Part shown: in pieces, positions 62,119 through 64,000 of the stretch
Position numbering within the stretch: the first letter of the stretch is position 1
Layout of the letters: the number at the start of each line of letters is the position of its first letter
NCBI GenBank assembly: GCA_030390025.1
Contig: CM059432.1
Span: 89,778,001-89,842,000 of the forward strand
Source: Squalus acanthias
Taxonomy: Eukaryota
DNA length: 64,000 bases
Direction of reading: 5' to 3'
Position numbers and translations under genes: made by a program
The notes under the pieces: generated by a model
What the model saw: only the letters and a program-made list of their open reading frames with translations
The model's database searches: none
Told to the model about the DNA's origin: nothing

Positions 62119-62790
62119 ATGTCTGGTCATGCTTCAGCAGAGCCTGGAACCCTCAAATGTTTACTCCTCGGTAGAGATTTTTCTGTCCAAAATAAGGCAA
62201 ATGAACAGCAGATATTTGGCACTGAGGGAAGGAGGCCAAACAAAGGTGTGTTGCAGGCCCAGTGGAGGAAGGTGGCCTTGACAGTGAATGCCACCTTTAC
62301 CAAACTCTGTGCCAGAAGATGTTCAATGACCTGACCAGGTTAGCCAAGGTAAGAGAAGGCACATATCTCCACCCACTTTACTTTTCTTGTGTTGAATATC
62401 ATCTGCTACTTACCTGAAACGTATAGGAAGTACTGCATCAACCTTCACACCCCTTTCTTTCTCCTGCAAGTATTCCTCACGGGCAGGCTATCATAAAGCG
62501 AAACAGTGACTCACCTGATACCTATTTGCTTGTTTCCAGCACCTGTTGCTTTCTCATACCTGGATTGCATTCCATATGATTGCAAGCAGAAGGTCTTCAC
62601 ATTATGCGCTTTGTTCTTAAAGGAGAAAGAGGCCCACACTCAATGGCTGAAATCTAACACAGCTTGTGAAATGCCCAGCATAGACCTCACACCTCTTACG
62701 AGGAAGAAGCCCTGGAACTCTTGGGCAGACATACAGAAGAAGCAGTGGAAATGGGGAAGTAGGAGCAGAGGTGCCAGCTGCACGTTGGTC
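62119..62790 (+). pseudogene. Decayed Harbinger Myb gene, exons 1-2
   Basis: QIFGTEGRRPNKGVLQAQWRKVALTVNA, then after a frameshift CQKMFNDLTRLAK|gtaaga; downstream SYEEEALELLGRHTEEAV resembles exon 2. Confidence 0.65.
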
Positions 62791-62869
62791 ATGGAATTCA
62801 ACTTCTCATGTCTCTTAAATTCCTGCAGCACAACTGAAATCCATCATCACAATACATTAAGACCAAGCA

Positions 62870-63597
62870 ATTTAACCATGCAGCACACATTTGACGGGCG
62901 ATACACGGCCTCCTAAGCCTTCAATATGGCAGGCAGGAAGTGTATGCTCATTACGAGCTGGAAGTGCGCCTATGCAAATAAAAGGCCTAATGCCTGTTTG
63001 AGATGCTTTTTCAAGATTGAGTTGCTCTGGATACAGACGTCATTCAGGAAAACCAGGTTGACATGCGGCCTATCCAGCAATCCTTAAAGGGACCGCTGTA
63101 GGCCGCAACCAAAAAGGTAAGTTTCTTTTTAAATACTTACCTAAATGTGGATTTGGGAGGGGTAGGAATGCCCCATCTGGCTCCATATTCAAGTCACCGC
63201 TGCTGGCCTCCGCTCCCCCACCCCCCCCACCCTGATCGCCGCATCCAACCCCTCAATCACCACATCCACCCCCTGCCAATTGCTGCAAACAGCCCCTGAT
63301 CACCCTCCTCTCTCAGTTGCCCCCCTCCAGATTGCCCCCTCCTCCCGATCGCAGCTCTCCTGATTCCCCACTTCTCCCGGTAGACCCCGACCCTTCCCTC
63401 CTCCTTTAAAGACTTCCCTGAAGGCTGCTGCCAGCGACACAGCAGCCCAATATTAGAAGTCTCTTCACCGCGTGCTACCTAGGGATGCCCAGTAGGTGTC
63501 TGTAGCTCGGAGGTGTAATTTAAATGTGGCCCAAAGCCCAATATCAGGTGAGTCTCGGGCCTACTCGGTCAGGTCAGCACAAACTAATTTCTACCCC
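62870..63597. mobile_element. Harbinger-type MITE
   Basis: Right TIR AATTTCTACCCC, C-rich core, and AAGGTAAGT/ACTTACCT motifs. Left end uncertain. Confidence 0.6.
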
Positions 63598-63654
63598 TGT
63601 GAATGCTTCAGCTCATTTCATGTGCTGAATAGAGTGCATAGAGTGATGCACTAG

Positions 63655-64000
63655 AATCATAAAATCATAGAATGATACAACACAGAAGGAGCCCATTGTG
63701 ACTGTGCTGGCTCTTTGGTAGAACTATACAATTAGTCCCACTCCCCTGCTCTTTCCCCATAGCCCTGTATTTATCCACTTGTCTTTTGAATGTTACTATT
63801 GAATCTGCTTCCACCAACCATTCAGGCAGTGCAATCCAGATCACAACAACTTGCTGTGTAAAAAAATGTTTCCTCATGTCACCTCTGGTTCTTTTGCCAA
63901 TCATCTTAAATCTGTGTCCTCTGGTTACCGACCCTTTTGCCACTGGAAACAATTTCTCCTTATTTACTCTATCAAAAACATTATGATTTTGAACACCTCT
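63655..64000 (-). mobile_element. CR1 3' end (continues beyond window)
   Basis: FPVAKGSVTRGHRFKMIGKRTRGDMRKHFFTQQVVVIW plus an ATTCTATG-type tail. Confidence 0.9.

Noticed and set aside
61424..63597. Single element bounded by GGGGTAGATTTT and AATTTCTACCCC
   Set aside because: TIR and TSD (TAT/TGT) are both imperfect and the interior looks composite, so the pairing cannot be supported.

Overview
Eukaryotic (vertebrate) non-coding DNA, most likely from a cartilaginous fish. This is inferred from the repeat inventory: a tRNA-derived DeuSINE resembling shark SacSINE1, CR1 LINEs with octamer tails, and Penelope pLTR fragments. No host protein-coding gene can be identified; 10.6-23.7 kb is an AT-rich, TE-poor block with one candidate exon. 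The rest is dominated by PIF/Harbinger DNA transposons. Two are full-length two-gene elements (34201-38446 and 49150-53282) with TIRs, an open DDE transposase ORF and a convergent 3-exon Myb/SANT gene disrupted by nonsense mutations (only one in the second element). There are also at least five older decayed copies and about ten Harbinger-type MITEs. Other elements are CR1 and CR1/L2-group LINE fragments, SINEs and several hairpin elements. Two Penelope-type pLTR fragments carry a minimal hammerhead-ribozyme motif, and one of them forms a perfect 62-bp-arm palindrome. Positions 48.4-59.8 kb are a multi-level nest of insertions inside one ancient Harbinger. Most ORFs in the supplied track are spurious or are TE fragments.
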